64,000 nucleotides of DNA from a plasmid. Position numbers and translations under genes: made by a program. The notes beneath the pieces are model-generated. The model had not been told where the DNA came from, searched no databases, and was given only the letters and a program-made list of their open reading frames with translations. Numbering within the stretch: the first letter of the stretch is position 1; each line of letters opens with the position of its first letter. Shown here piece after piece: positions 44,007 to 57,547 of this stretch. Location of the stretch: sequence record NZ_CP012903.1; one strand, 5' to 3'.

Positions 44007-47000
44007 ATGAAAGAGATTAAATCAGGCCGTATTCAAATTTTGACAGAACAGGAGATTCATGAGCTCTATTCTCGTCCAATATTTAATCAAATTGAGCGTG
44101 AAGAATATTTTTCATTAGATCCGAGTATAAAAAAAATCCTCACTAAAATGGGAAAAATTGAAACGAAAATATATTTAATTCTTCTGATTGGTTATTTTCG
44201 CGCGAAGCCTGTTGTCGCTCAATTTAAACTACGAGAGGTTAAACAAGATGTCGACTATATTTATGCGACACATTTTCCAAATAGAAAGCCGAAATACCCC
44301 TTTATTGCTAAAAGTACTCGAGCAACATTGATCGCTAAAATGCATGAAATACTGGGTTTTTCGCGGTTATTAAGACAAGATAAACAAGCCTTGATAGAGC
44401 GTTTGGGTGATGTCGCAACAATCTGTACATACCCCAAATATATTTTTGATGAATGCCTCGCTTTTTTAGGTCAAAACAGAATTGGATTAGTGGGTTATTC
44501 CACTTTGCAAAATATGATCACCACGGTTTTAGCTAATGAGAGGCATCGTACCGAGTTGATCCTTTCAAATAGCGTGCCACCAATAATACATAAAAAATTA
44601 AAGAAGATACTGCATACAAAAGGGGTTTTAAATAGTCTATCTGGCCAACAAGGCGCAGCTAAAGATTTTACACCGACAGAGCTCGCAAGTGAAATTGAAA
44701 CGCATAATGCCATAAAAAGTGTTTATCCCGACGTAAAACGTCTTGTTGGTGAATTGGGATTATCATTAGGTAATTTAAGCTATTATGCATCGATTATTCA
44801 ACATCAATCGATTTATAAAATTCGTCGATTTCCCGAATGGCAAGGCATGTTATATCTGGTTTGTTATCTATTTTTTCGCTACCAAGAAACTAATGATAAA
44901 TTGGTAACAGCTTTTTTATATGTGACGAGAAAGCAAAGGGAAGCTGCGAGTGCTTTAGCTAAGTTACGCATTGCAGAAGAACTGGAAATTATTCGTGAAA
45001 AGTTAATGCATGCGGGTAATATTTTACACCTCTTTGTTGATGAAAACGTCAGTGACAATACGCAATTTGGTGATATTCGCCAAAATGCATTTGCAATGAT
45101 GTCTAAAGATGAAATTCAGTTAATAAGTCAACATCTTAATAAGAATAGTTTTGATAAAACCCATTATGAGTGGCTATACATTGATACACAATACAGAAAA
45201 ATTGCGAATACAATGAGGTCACTCTTTCTCGCGATTGATATCGAGTGCGAACCAGGATTACAACTACTATCTTCCCAATTATTAACAGCAAAATCAGAAC
45301 TTCAAAAAGATAAGCACATTTCTACCGTCGATCAGCGGTTACTGTTAAAAAACGATAAACCTTTTATCCTGATAGATGAACAGGTTAATACTCAACGATT
45401 TGAATACTATTTATACCAAAAAGTGGCTCGGATGATTGAGAGTAACAATATTTACATCAATGAAAGCGCCAGCAACAAGCGTTTAGACGATGATCTGATT
45501 TCAGCCACCGAGTGGAAAAAAAGCCATGTCATCATTCAAAAAACAGGATTAACTCGGCTCAATACACCGATACAACAAACGCTTTCGGAATTAACGCAAA
45601 AACTGAGAGACCAAATGGAGCGAATTGGTCGCAATATCCATGATGGAGCCAATGATTTCGTGACACTTCAACCGCGTTCAAATCAGTTAACATGGAAACT
45701 GGCGAATAAACGCTGGAAAGATGACATTGATAATCCCATATATAACCAGCTCCAACATATGGGGATCATTGAAATTATGGACTATGTTCATCAAAAAACG
45801 GGTTACTTAGATGCATTTAAAAATATCGCCATCAAAAAAGAAAAACACTAAGGCCAAAGAGGGCGATTTACTCGCTTGCATATTTGGAAATGGCTCAAAC
45901 TATGGTGTTCATCATATGTCATCAATATCAGATAGAGCCATCGGTGTGCTTAGAGCCGTCAATGATGGTTATATTAGGCCTGAAACAACGAGTGAAGCTA
46001 ATGATATGATAGCTGATGCTTTAGCAAAACTCCCCATTTTCAAATATTATACGATTAACGAAAGTGCCCCATTTGGTAGTATTGATGGCCAAAAACATGG
46101 TTGCCGAATCAATACATTTAAAGCCCGTTTTTCTGCTAAATATTTCCGAAAAGGGAAAGGCGTATCAGCACTCACATTAGTTTCAAATCATGTACCAATA
46201 AATACGAAAGTGATTTCAGCCAATGAATATGAGGCTCACCACGCATTCGATTTACTCTATAATAATACCAGCCATATTCAGCCCAAAACATTAGCAACAG
46301 ACACGCATGGCGTTAACAATGTAAACTTTGCTATCCTTGATCTCTTTGGGTATCAGTTTGCCCCGCGATATGCAAAATTTAAACACGTTTTTAATGAATT
46401 GTTTGAGATCGAGTATGATGAAATCCTTTCCCTGAAACTTAAAAAATCGCTCAACTTATCACTCATTCAAGAAGAGTGGGAAAATATTCAATGGATAATT
46501 TGTTCATTAAGCCGTAAAACGACGACACAAAGCACGGTGATTACTAAGCTTTCTAACAGTAAGAAAAACAATCGCACCTTAGCGGCTCTTCGTGAATATG
46601 ACCGAATAATTAAGTGTTTATACGTTCTCGATTATGTTGATGACAAAATGCTCAGGCAGTTTGTCCAACAAGCACTTAATCGGGGTGAGGCTTACCATCA
46701 ATTACGGCGTGCAATTGCGTCAATTAATGGTAATCAATTCAGAGGTGGCGATGATTACCAGATAGAACAATGGAATGATTGTGCTCGTATCATTGCTAAC
46801 TGCATTATTTATTATAATTCTGCATTATTATCCAGTTTGATTGAAAAATTTGCGCGTGAAAATAATCAAGAAGCGGTGAATATGATAGCTGAGTTATCAC
46901 CTGTCGCATGGCAGCATATACAGCTGGCCGGTAATTACACCTTTGGCCTTAAAAAAGATAATATTGTACTGGAAAGATTACTGGAGAATTTAGATCCTCT

Positions 47001-47034
47001 TATTTCAGAAGAGTCGTTAAGCTTAGCGGCATAG
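44007..47034 (+). pseudogene. tnpA: Tn3-family transposase TnpA split by a frameshift into 614-aa and 407-aa ORFs
   Basis: N-terminal DUF4158-like part and C-terminal DDE part (...KKKNTKAKEGDLLACIFGNGSNYGVHHM...); the frames overlap at 45811-45851 within an A-rich run. Confidence 0.8.
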
Positions 47035-47132
47035 TCTATTAATATTATTAAACTATATATCGGCTGTAGTCCTTGATATCAAAGGGCTACAAGCAAACTT
47101 TGGACTTTTCGATGAAATGGGCACACAACCCC

Positions 47133-47211
47133 AAAATCGGTGGAGCTGCATGACAAAGTCATCGGGCATTATCTGAACATAAAACACTATCAATAAGTTG
47201 GAGTCATTACC
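47133..47211 (+). mobile_element. IS1: IS1 3' fragment (about positions 690-768, IRR end)
   Basis: CAAAATCGGTGGAGCTGCATGACAAAGTCATCGGGCATTATCTGAACATAAAACACTATCAATAAGTTGGAGTCATTACC. Confidence 0.85.
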
Positions 47212-47408
47212 GCGAATGTGTTAGACGGTGTCCACCATAGAAAAGCCAGAAAACGAAATCAGATATTTTAGTCGCCACATATCGTGTCCTGTGATATTTG
47301 ATTACTATCACCCGATAAGCGTATTAATAAATGCTGGCTCAACATTGGTGGATATTTAAATGGTCATATTCCTGATGACCTAACGTGGGAGTTGTGTCGG
47401 GCTTAAAG

Positions 47409-47777
47409 CTAATTCACCGTAAGAACAATTTTCCCAACATGCTTGCCGGACTCCATCAATGCATGCGCGCGTGCTGCTTCGCGTAACGGGAATGTGCTGT
47501 GAATCATGGGATGGCAACGACCTGCATTGAGAATCGGCCAGATATTTTTAAGCAAGTCATTGGCAATTTCGGCTTTTTCGACCGAAGTTCGTGCTCGCAT
47601 CGTTGAACCCGTGACAACCGCTCGCTTCAACGCGAGTTCTTGCAGATCCACTTGATCTGCGAAAGCTCCGCCAAGGAAGCCAATGATTACCAGCCGGCCA
47701 TCCATTCCTAAACTCCTCATATTTCGGGAGAAATAGGATGCACCCATTATATCGAGAATGATATCGGCGTTTTTCAA
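47409..47777 (-). pseudogene. qor: quinone oxidoreductase (MDR/zinc-ADH family) 3' fragment
   Basis: ...IIGFLGGAFADQVDLQELALKRAVVTGSTMRAR...GKHVGKIVLTV C-terminal domain; continues from the 5' fragment at 49395-50030. Confidence 0.7.
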
Positions 47778-47797
47778 GGTAGTTGTCGCCTGAGCTG

Positions 47798-48745
47798 TTA
47801 AGCAGCTTCTTTTTTGTTCTCTGGGTTTAATTTCACATCACCGATTTCCTCCCAGTTTCTAATACCCTTTGACCAGCGGTTAGGGTTCTTTTTTTGCGCT
47901 TTGGTATATAGCTCATGGCGTCTTGCCAATATCGCTTTATCTTCACCATTATGGCGTTGCGCTGGTGTCACGAATTTGATGCGACTATGCCTGTGCTCAG
48001 TGTTGTACCATTGAGCGAAGCCTTTCATCCAAGCTCTTGCATCTTCAAGGCTTTTAAAGCCTTCGCTTGGCCAGCGGTGACTGTATTTGACCGTGCGGAA
48101 CAATGATTCTGAGTACGGATTATCATTGCTGACACCGGGGCGGCTACGAGAGCCAATGACACCCATATCAAGCATTTTGGCTTGCATCGTCAAACATTTC
48201 ATCGGGCTACCGTTATCTGAATGCAATACCACGTCTTTTTTAACGCATTTCTCAGACCAGAGCGTGCGCTCAAGCAATTGGGCAGCATGTTCACCTGATT
48301 CACTGTCATGAACTTCCCACCCGACAACCTTACGGCTGAAGATGTCGATTATCATGTAGAGGTAGAAGAACCGACCAATGACCGTTGACGGGCAGTAACT
48401 AATATCCCAAGTCCACACTTGGTTTGGCGCTGTCGCTGTGTACCCCTTAGGTTTAGCTCGGCTACCTTTAGGTTTTGCTTTACCTCGATGGGCTAGCTGG
48501 TCATTGGCTTTCAACACACGATAAAAGCTCGATTCAGACGCGAGATATTGCCCGTTATCTGCCAGCATTGGCACTATCTGACTTGGCCCTAAATTGGCGT
48601 ATTCTTCTTGGTTACAGGTAGCTAATATCGCTTGCTGCTCTTCCTCAGTGAGCTTGTTACTCGGTTCTGGCCTATCAGCTGTAGGTCTTTTGTCACCACT
48701 GATTTCACCGCTTTCCTGCCAGCGTTGTAATGTGCGTACAGACAT
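47798..48745 (-). CDS. IS3-family OrfB (DDE transposase)
   Basis: 315-aa protein with an rve integrase core. Confidence 0.75.
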   Translation of the reverse strand: MSVRTLQRWQESGEISGDKRPTADRPEPSNKLTEEEQQAILATCNQEEYANLGPSQIVPMLADNGQYLASESSFYRVLKANDQLAHRGKAKPKGSRAKPKGYTATAPNQVWTWDISYCPSTVIGRFFYLYMIIDIFSRKVVGWEVHDSESGEHAAQLLERTLWSEKCVKKDVVLHSDNGSPMKCLTMQAKMLDMGVIGSRSRPGVSNDNPYSESLFRTVKYSHRWPSEGFKSLEDARAWMKGFAQWYNTEHRHSRIKFVTPAQRHNGEDKAILARRHELYTKAQKKNPNRWSKGIRNWEEIGDVKLNPENKKEAA

Positions 48746-48837
48746 ACCAACTTCTTCACAGGCTTTCTCTTTTCTAGCACCTGAGCCGACTGCTTCATCA
48801 ATCAGAGATGCGTAATGCTGCCTATCTGTGAGTGAGG

Positions 48838-49329
48838 TTAATTGTCCTCGTCTTCCCCCCAGTAGGCATTTAACTTTTTTCTGAGCACCAACAACGCTGC
48901 CGTTTCAGCAAGCGCAGCATCTTTGCGCTTTAACTCTCTTTCTAACTCTTTAATCCGCTTACGATCATCCTTTCGCTCTTGGGTTAATTGCTTACGTTGC
49001 TGGGCTTTAGTTTGATTGCCTGCAATGCAGCTTCGCTTCCATTCTTTAACTTGCTCAGGGTAAAGCCCTTTTTCACGGCAATACTCACTTAACTCAATTT
49101 CGCTCAATGCTGCTGTTTCTAAAACAATTGAGAACTTTTGCTCTGGTGACCAACCATCTGAACTATTGCTATCAGCCAAACTAGAACCTGCTTTTAAATA
49201 CTTATCTCGCCATGAATACAAAGTAGATAAGTTGATACTTTCTAGCTTTGCGAATTGGCGTAATGATAAGCCACTTTCAACCAGCTTTCTAATGATGGCT
49301 TTCTTATGATCTTCAGGATAATGCTTCAC
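48838..49329 (-). CDS. IS3-family OrfA
   Basis: 163-aa HTH protein. Confidence 0.7.
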   Translation of the reverse strand: MKHYPEDHKKAIIRKLVESGLSLRQFAKLESINLSTLYSWRDKYLKAGSSLADSNSSDGWSPEQKFSIVLETAALSEIELSEYCREKGLYPEQVKEWKRSCIAGNQTKAQQRKQLTQERKDDRKRIKELERELKRKDAALAETAALLVLRKKLNAYWGEDEDN

Positions 49330-49394
49330 TAATATCTAACTTACCGCTCCCTGTTATATTTTTATGAAAAACTGAGGCGACAACTATCCTGACA

Positions 49395-50030
49395 CAGGGG
49401 GATATCAACGCCACGGCCATCCGTTTGCTTCAAAATGAAATCAGAAAAATCAGTTGTCCGGTAGTTGACTGGCGTAGCGCCAAGCTCTGCGATCACATCG
49501 CATTTATCATCTGATCCAGCCGTCGCATATGCCTCGATACCGATTTCGCGGCATAGCATCAACGCGGTTGTGCCGATACCACTTGTTCCCCCATGAATCA
49601 GAACACTCTGACCCTGTGTTGCGCCACCAATCTTGAACAAGTTTGCCCAGACGGTGAACAGAGTCTCAGGAAGTGCCGCCGCTGCTATCATTGACATGCT
49701 GTCTGGCACCGGCAGTGTCTGGCTTTCCGGCACGATGCAATACTCACCATAACCACCGCCATTCGTCAGAGCACAGACTCGGTCACCAATCTTTACGCCC
49801 GTGACGCCTTCTCCAATTGATGAAACCGTTCCAGCGACCTCAAGACCAGGAATAGGGGTTACGTCGTCAGGCATAGGGTAATGACCCTGGCGTTGAATGA
49901 CGTCAGGACGATTAACACCTGCGGCCTTGACGCGAACCAAAATTTCCCCAGCCTTTGGCACCGGAATCGTTGTCTGAACGGGCGTTAAAACCTCTGGCCC
50001 GCCAGGCTCAGAGATTTCAATGACAGTCAT
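49395..50030 (-). pseudogene. qor: quinone oxidoreductase 5' fragment
   Basis: MTVIEISEPGGPEVLTPVQTTIPVPKAGEILVRVKAAGVNRPDVIQRQGHYP... GroES-like N-terminal domain. Confidence 0.7.
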
Positions 50031-50369
50031 TTTATTCGCAGTATGTAACATGAACGTAAGTCCTTATGATTTTGTTTTTCGTTGAATTTCCCAACTACAC
50101 TGTGTCTCATCACTAGCCACTTTTCTGTACGTTGCAGCACGTACCCTCTGCGGATTCCGATTTACTTGAACATCCATTCCGGTTTTATTTGAACACCTTG
50201 GATCAACGCATCGTTGGCTAAGGAAGTTGCGATTAAGTGGTCCGCAGCTCCCGATATGACGCCCCAAACCGTCCTTTATCGACGTCCTGTGGCTCAATTT
50301 TCCAATTTTCAGCCCAAAATCGTCTCTTCGTGGCTGATTTTGGCCCTGTTTCAGGCCAATTTCCTCATT

Positions 50370-51018
50370 TCAGGTAGATCTCGCCTGTGCCCGTATCAAT
50401 TGGTCAACTCGAACCAGGTTCGCCAGGGTGAATAACATCGCCAGTTGACTGTCATTTTTAGCCAGCCCCTTGTACCTGGCTTTGACGAAACCAAACTGAC
50501 ATTTTACTATCCGAAATGGATGCTCAACCTTCGCTCGGATACTCGCTTTCAGGTATTCGTAACGGATGGCCAGCTTGTTCTTGCGCGGGTGTTGCTTCAA
50601 TGCATTCACTTTGCCGGGACGCTTGGCGATAAGCCAGTCTGCGCTGACATCGCTGAGCTCATCGCGCTTTTCGGCCCCCTGATAACCAGCATCGGCTGAG
50701 ATAAATTCTTCATCGCCATGCAGTAACTTGCCAACCTGATTGAGGTCGTGCTCGTTAGCCGCCGTGGTCACCAGACTGTGGGTCAGGCCACTTTTGGCGT
50801 CCACGCCAATGTGCGCTTTCATGCCGAAGTACCACTGGTTACCTTTCTTGGTCTGGTGCATGTCTTCATCACGGCTGTTGTGTTTGTTTTTGGTAGAGCT
50901 GGGGGCTTGAATGATGGTGGCATCCACCAAGGTGCCCTGGGTCATTAGAACGCCACACTCTGCTAGCCAGTGATTAACGGTACTGAAGATTTTGCGGGCC
51001 AGTTCATGCTGCTCCAGC
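50370..51018 (-). pseudogene. IS5-family transposase C-terminal fragment (diverged InsH-like), truncated by IS26
   Basis: ...[65 protein letters not shown]... parallels IS5 InsH but is not identical. Confidence 0.7.
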
Positions 51019-51838
51019 GGCACTGTTGCAAATAGTCGGTGGTGATAAACTTATCATCCCCTTTTGCTGATGGAGCTGCACATGAACCCATTCAAAGGCC
51101 GGCATTTTCAGCGTGACATCATTCTGTGGGCCGTACGCTGGTACTGCAAATACGGCATCAGTTACCGTGAGCTGCAGGAGATGCTGGCTGAACGCGGAGT
51201 GAATGTCGATCACTCCACGATTTACCGCTGGGTTCAGCGTTATGCGCCTGAAATGGAAAAACGGCTGCGCTGGTACTGGCGTAACCCTTCCGATCTTTGC
51301 CCGTGGCACATGGATGAAACCTACGTGAAGGTCAATGGCCGCTGGGCGTATCTGTACCGGGCCGTCGACAGCCGGGGCCGCACTGTCGATTTTTATCTCT
51401 CCTCCCGTCGTAACAGCAAAGCTGCATACCGGTTTCTGGGTAAAATCCTCAACAACGTGAAGAAGTGGCAGATCCCGCGATTCATCAACACGGATAAAGC
51501 GCCCGCCTATGGTCGCGCGCTTGCTCTGCTCAAACGCGAAGGCCGGTGCCCGTCTGACGTTGAACACCGACAGATTAAGTACCGGAACAACGTGATTGAA
51601 TGCGATCATGGCAAACTGAAACGGATAATCGGCGCCACGCTGGGATTTAAATCCATGAAGACGGCTTACGCCACCATCAAAGGTATTGAGGTGATGCGTG
51701 CACTACGCAAAGGCCAGGCCTCAGCATTTTATTATGGTGATCCCCTGGGCGAAATGCGCCTGGTAAGCAGAGTTTTTGAAATGTAAGGCCTTTGAATAAG
51801 ACAAAACGCTGCCTCATCGCTAACTTTGCAACAGTGCC
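51019..51838 (+). mobile_element. IS26: IS26 copy 3 (820 bp; wild-type Tnp, one SNP in the noncoding end)
   Basis: IRs at 51019 and 51825-51838; GACAAAACGCTGCC here versus GACAAAAGGCTGCC in copies 1 and 2. Confidence 0.95.
51064..51786 (+). CDS. tnp26: Tnp26 transposase
   Basis: Identical to the copy 1 protein. Confidence 0.95.
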   Translation: MLMELHMNPFKGRHFQRDIILWAVRWYCKYGISYRELQEMLAERGVNVDHSTIYRWVQRYAPEMEKRLRWYWRNPSDLCPWHMDETYVKVNGRWAYLYRAVDSRGRTVDFYLSSRRNSKAAYRFLGKILNNVKKWQIPRFINTDKAPAYGRALALLKREGRCPSDVEHRQIKYRNNVIECDHGKLKRIIGATLGFKSMKTAYATIKGIEVMRALRKGQASAFYYGDPLGEMRLVSRVFEM

Positions 51839-52112
51839 CCTAATCGTGTTCAGCAGAATAGCCGGAGGAAGTTTCCTACTGTCGATAAGAAAGGATTGGC
51901 ACAGGGAGTGTGAATATCGAAACACCATCACAGAATAATGCCAGATAGAAATGCGATAGTAGGGTTGGATATTTAAATAAGGAGCATCCCGACTTAAAAT
52001 GAATATGACTGCGTAACCAGGCGCAATAAAAAAAGCGAAAGAATCGCTTTTATTCTGGTTGTTTTTTCGAAGAGTGACCGTTTTCTGAGATGACAAGAAA
52101 TAAGGAAGTCCT

Positions 52113-52613
52113 ATGATCGCTAGCGGAATAGTTCAAAAAATGAATGCGCAAATGAATCAGGAGTTTTATACCTCAAATTTGTATCTTCAGCTCAGCCAGA
52201 GGTGCAGCGAGAATAGCCTTAATGGCACCGCACTATTTTTGCGTCATCAGGCGCAAAATACGGTGACGCAAATGATGCGCATGTACGAATACATCAAACA
52301 GAGCGGCGCCACGCCGGTGTTACAGGAGCAACACGCCCGGTGCGGTGAATTTTCCACGCTGGAAGATCTGTTTGAGCAGACGGTAAGCGATTACCAGAAG
52401 CGCATTAATGCGCTGACCTCTTTGACGGAAGACGCCCAGGCAGCAAACGATAAGTCAGCGATTAACTTCCTGAAGCGATACAGAAAAGAGGAAATCGTGG
52501 ACGGGACGCTGTTGCAAATCATTCTGGATGAAGTCCGCAGCGCTAAAAAAGCGGGCATCAACATGCAGCAAACCGACCACTATCTGGTTGGCGTGATCGA
52601 TCGCTATCACTAA
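52113..52613 (+). CDS. ftnB: ferritin-like protein (FtnB-like, 166 aa)
   Basis: Strong similarity to E. coli FtnB (NQEFYTSNLYLQLSQRCSENSLNGTALFLRHQAQNTVTQMMRM...LLQIILDEVRSAKKAG). Confidence 0.75.
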   Translation: MIASGIVQKMNAQMNQEFYTSNLYLQLSQRCSENSLNGTALFLRHQAQNTVTQMMRMYEYIKQSGATPVLQEQHARCGEFSTLEDLFEQTVSDYQKRINALTSLTEDAQAANDKSAINFLKRYRKEEIVDGTLLQIILDEVRSAKKAGINMQQTDHYLVGVIDRYH

Positions 52614-52635
52614 ATCAATTTCGCAGTACGAGGAG

Positions 52636-52665
52636 GTTTTACGCCTCCTCAGAAAATCTGTTTTA
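52636..52665 (+). terminator. rho-independent terminator after ftnB-like
   Basis: GAGGAGGTTTTACGCCTCCTC hairpin. Confidence 0.6.
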
Positions 52666-52782
52666 CATCAGAAACAGAGGTTTATGCCAGTGAACATTTG
52701 ATACCCAACACGTCATAGTGATTTTTTAACTTAGCGTTTTTATATCGTGCCAAAAATGTCTCTGCTTGTGTCTTTATATTAA

Positions 52783-53978
<1,196 letters not shown>

Positions 53979-54096
53979 ATAGCTAAACATGATTTCCCCA
54001 TCAAACAGTAAGTCGTGTCAATTCCTAGAGTTAACACATTTCTGATCATGACTCACACGTTACGTTCAGTCGGTAGCCATCTGTGCAAAAAATGCG

Positions 54097-54134
54097 CTTA
54101 GCGTAGGATAATTTCCTTTTTCCAAGCGGACCCC
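54097..54134. repeat. orphan 38-bp Tn3-family (Tn5393-like) terminal IR in right-end orientation
   Basis: CTTAGCGTAGGATAATTTCCTTTTTCCAAGCGGACCCC. Confidence 0.5.
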
Positions 54135-54224
54135 AGGGACAACGGAACGCAACACCAAGTAGATTGATGACATAAAGTTCCTTCAATTCCGATCTGCCCT
54201 CCCGCTTTCATTTTCTGCCGCAGA

Positions 54225-55993
54225 TCACTTTTGTTGCCATTCCTTTACAACAGCTCCCCAATCGACAGTTCTCTCGACCAATTTCCCATCAGCATACTTT
54301 CTTGTCCAAACATCCCAGAAGTCAGGGTCATCAGAATGGGGTTGCTGATCTTTCGTCAAATTTTTCATTTTAACCAGGACAGGAAGCTCAGATGCCCAGC
54401 CCATCAGTATTGCATGTTGGGATGGCAGTGAAGGCAACTCACGGAGTAATCCTCGCAAATTATCAGGTACCATTTTATGAACTTGCTCCTGATCTTTGTC
54501 ATTACTAATTCGATGCAGAAGAAAAGTATTACATTGAGATAAAACTGTAGGTGATAATTCTGATGGTCGTTGCGAGGAAACCACCATCCCAAGACCAAAT
54601 TTTCTGCCTTCTCGTGCAATTTTCTCAAACACTTGGCAGCAAACAGCTGCGACATCCTGATTTTCAGAGTCATCACGATACCGTTTAATAAATGTATGTG
54701 CTTCTTCAGCTACAAGTACCGTAGGTAAAGATTTATTATATAGTCTTCTATAGCGTTGCAATGATTCAAAAATAATCCTTGAAATCACAGCAGTAACAAT
54801 GTGAGTAATTTCGCTTGGAACTAGAGATAGATCTATTATAGAAATACAACTGTTATCATCTCTTGAACAATCGGTACCAAGATATTTCTCTAACCATTTA
54901 GCTAAGTCAATCCGATTATCAGCATCATTAGTAACAGATCTCATCCTTGTATCTGAGAGCATGGTGCGTATTCTGGCAACCAAATATTCAACATATTGTT
55001 CACTGCCATTTTCTTGAGCAAGAGCTTCTAAATAGGCAACCAGGTTATTACCATCAAATGGTAACGGTATATCTTCATTCTTTGGTAGTAACTCTTTCTC
55101 AAACCCTCCGAACTCTCTAAATGCAGAGGTAACACTCTCGATAATGCTATCTATTTCAGGCACGGTCGCTTGCATGGTTGCGTACTGTACATTCCTATCT
55201 TGTCTATATTTAGACATTATTGTGATTACATTCGTTAAGTTGTTATTTCCAAGTTTATCTCTGTATCCTTCAAAGCTTTCAATCCATTTACCCATTATCT
55301 CGTTAAAGCCTTTTGCAGGCCCCCAAGCTCCAAAGGGTTTCCCTGAACTTTTATCATGTTTTAAGGTTATGAGAACATTCCCTAGAAAACGTTTTATTTC
55401 TATATTTGAGGTTGTTTCAAGTTCAAAATCTTCGTTTCTCATTGCCCTTAGAGAACGCTTTAGTAAAGGAAGTTGGGCTTTAGGACTCGCTTGCGTAAAT
55501 GATGCCCATTCCGAGCTATTCCAAAACCAAGATGGCACTTGGAGTTGATGCTCATTTTCCCCAGCTTCGACTTTAAAAATTCTGCCTTTAAATTTTGTAG
55601 TTGGTCCCAAAGCACGTACATACTCGCCATTGGGGTCTAATATAATAAATCTGGCGTTTGGTTTTACTTCTGACTCCATTGCAGCTTCGAGTGACCATTG
55701 GATTAATCCTGCGACAGAACAAGACTTACCACTACCAGTATTACCAAGTACTGCTATATGACGACCAAATAATCTATCAGGGTCTACGGCTACATTAGCA
55801 TTGTTAGCAAGTGGACTTTGCCCAATAACTATTCGTCTATTATCACCAGACTCGACAATTGATCTAAGCTGTAAATCTGTTGGTAGTAAAATAGCTGAAC
55901 CAATAGAAGGAAATGATTCAGAGCCGCGTTGAAATTTAAAATAATCAGTACCATCTTTGGAAAAGCGTTTAAGAGTTCCGACTGGATTTAAAC
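54225..55993 (-). pseudogene. herA: herA (HerA/FtsK-like ATPase of a SIR2-HerA defense system), 3' portion after the IS insertion
   Basis: Walker A GNTGSGKS plus helicase-like ATPase core; the native frame resumes at SLNPVGTLKRFSKDG... after removing the IS and one copy of the AAC TSD. Confidence 0.65.
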
Positions 55994-56001
55994 TGAAGTG
56001 G

Positions 56002-57176
<1,175 letters not shown>

Positions 57177-57249
57177 GTGCTCACCTGTGATGTTATTGAG
57201 GTAAGAATATCACCTCTAGTCAGGTGGCCAAATTAACTATGCCACTTCA

Positions 57250-57547
57250 AACTTATTTTTTTTCGAGGAAATGGTAGGTTTACTAGACCAAAATCTTGAA
57301 TATCTCTTTGTTTAGGATAAGGTGAATGCTCAACTGCAAGCCACTCTATTTGCCCAACTAAGTAACCATTATCACATGAGACTAATACATAGCTGTTTAC
57401 TCTAGGAAAATTTCTAGGTGTGCCTGCATTCAAAGCGACAGCATCAGGTGAATCGATATCTAATAGTGCTCTAATTTCATTGGGTGAAACAAAATCTACA
57501 GTACCTACCCTGAGTTGCTCACCTTGTTCAATGGGAAATGAGTTCAT
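57250..57547 (-). pseudogene. herA: herA 5' portion (first 99 codons, HAS-barrel-like N-terminus)
   Basis: MNSFPIEQGEQLRVGTVDFVSPNEIRALLD...; 4-nt ATGA overlap with the SIR2 stop. Confidence 0.65.

Larger units (their letters stand above)
40014..47132 (+). mobile_element. previously undescribed AT-rich Tn3-family transposon (about 7.1 kb) bounded by roughly 47-bp imperfect IRs
   Basis: IRL at 40014-40060 GGGGTTTCTCGCCCATTTCATCCAAAAGTCTAAAGTTTGCTCGAACC versus the reverse complement of 47086-47132 GGGGTTGTGTGCCCATTTCATCGAAAAGTCCAAAGTTTGCTTGTAGCC; interior has a serine resolvase, TA module and Tn3-family tnpA; GC about 33-35 percent versus 50-60 percent in the flanks. Confidence 0.7.
47780..49392 (-). 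mobile_element. IS3-family insertion sequence (about 1.6 kb, two ORFs) interrupting qor; boundaries approximate
   Basis: orfA (163 aa, HTH) and orfB (315 aa, DDE integrase core DNGS...RIKFVTP); the ends share TAGTTGTCGCCT(C/G)AG. Confidence 0.7.

Noticed and set aside
54097-54134. Treating this 38-bp IR as the proper left IR of the SIR2-HerA/tnpR/tnpA transposon
   Set aside because: It is in direct, not inverted, orientation relative to the IR at 62757-62794 and differs in internal sequence; reported as an orphan or foreign IR instead.
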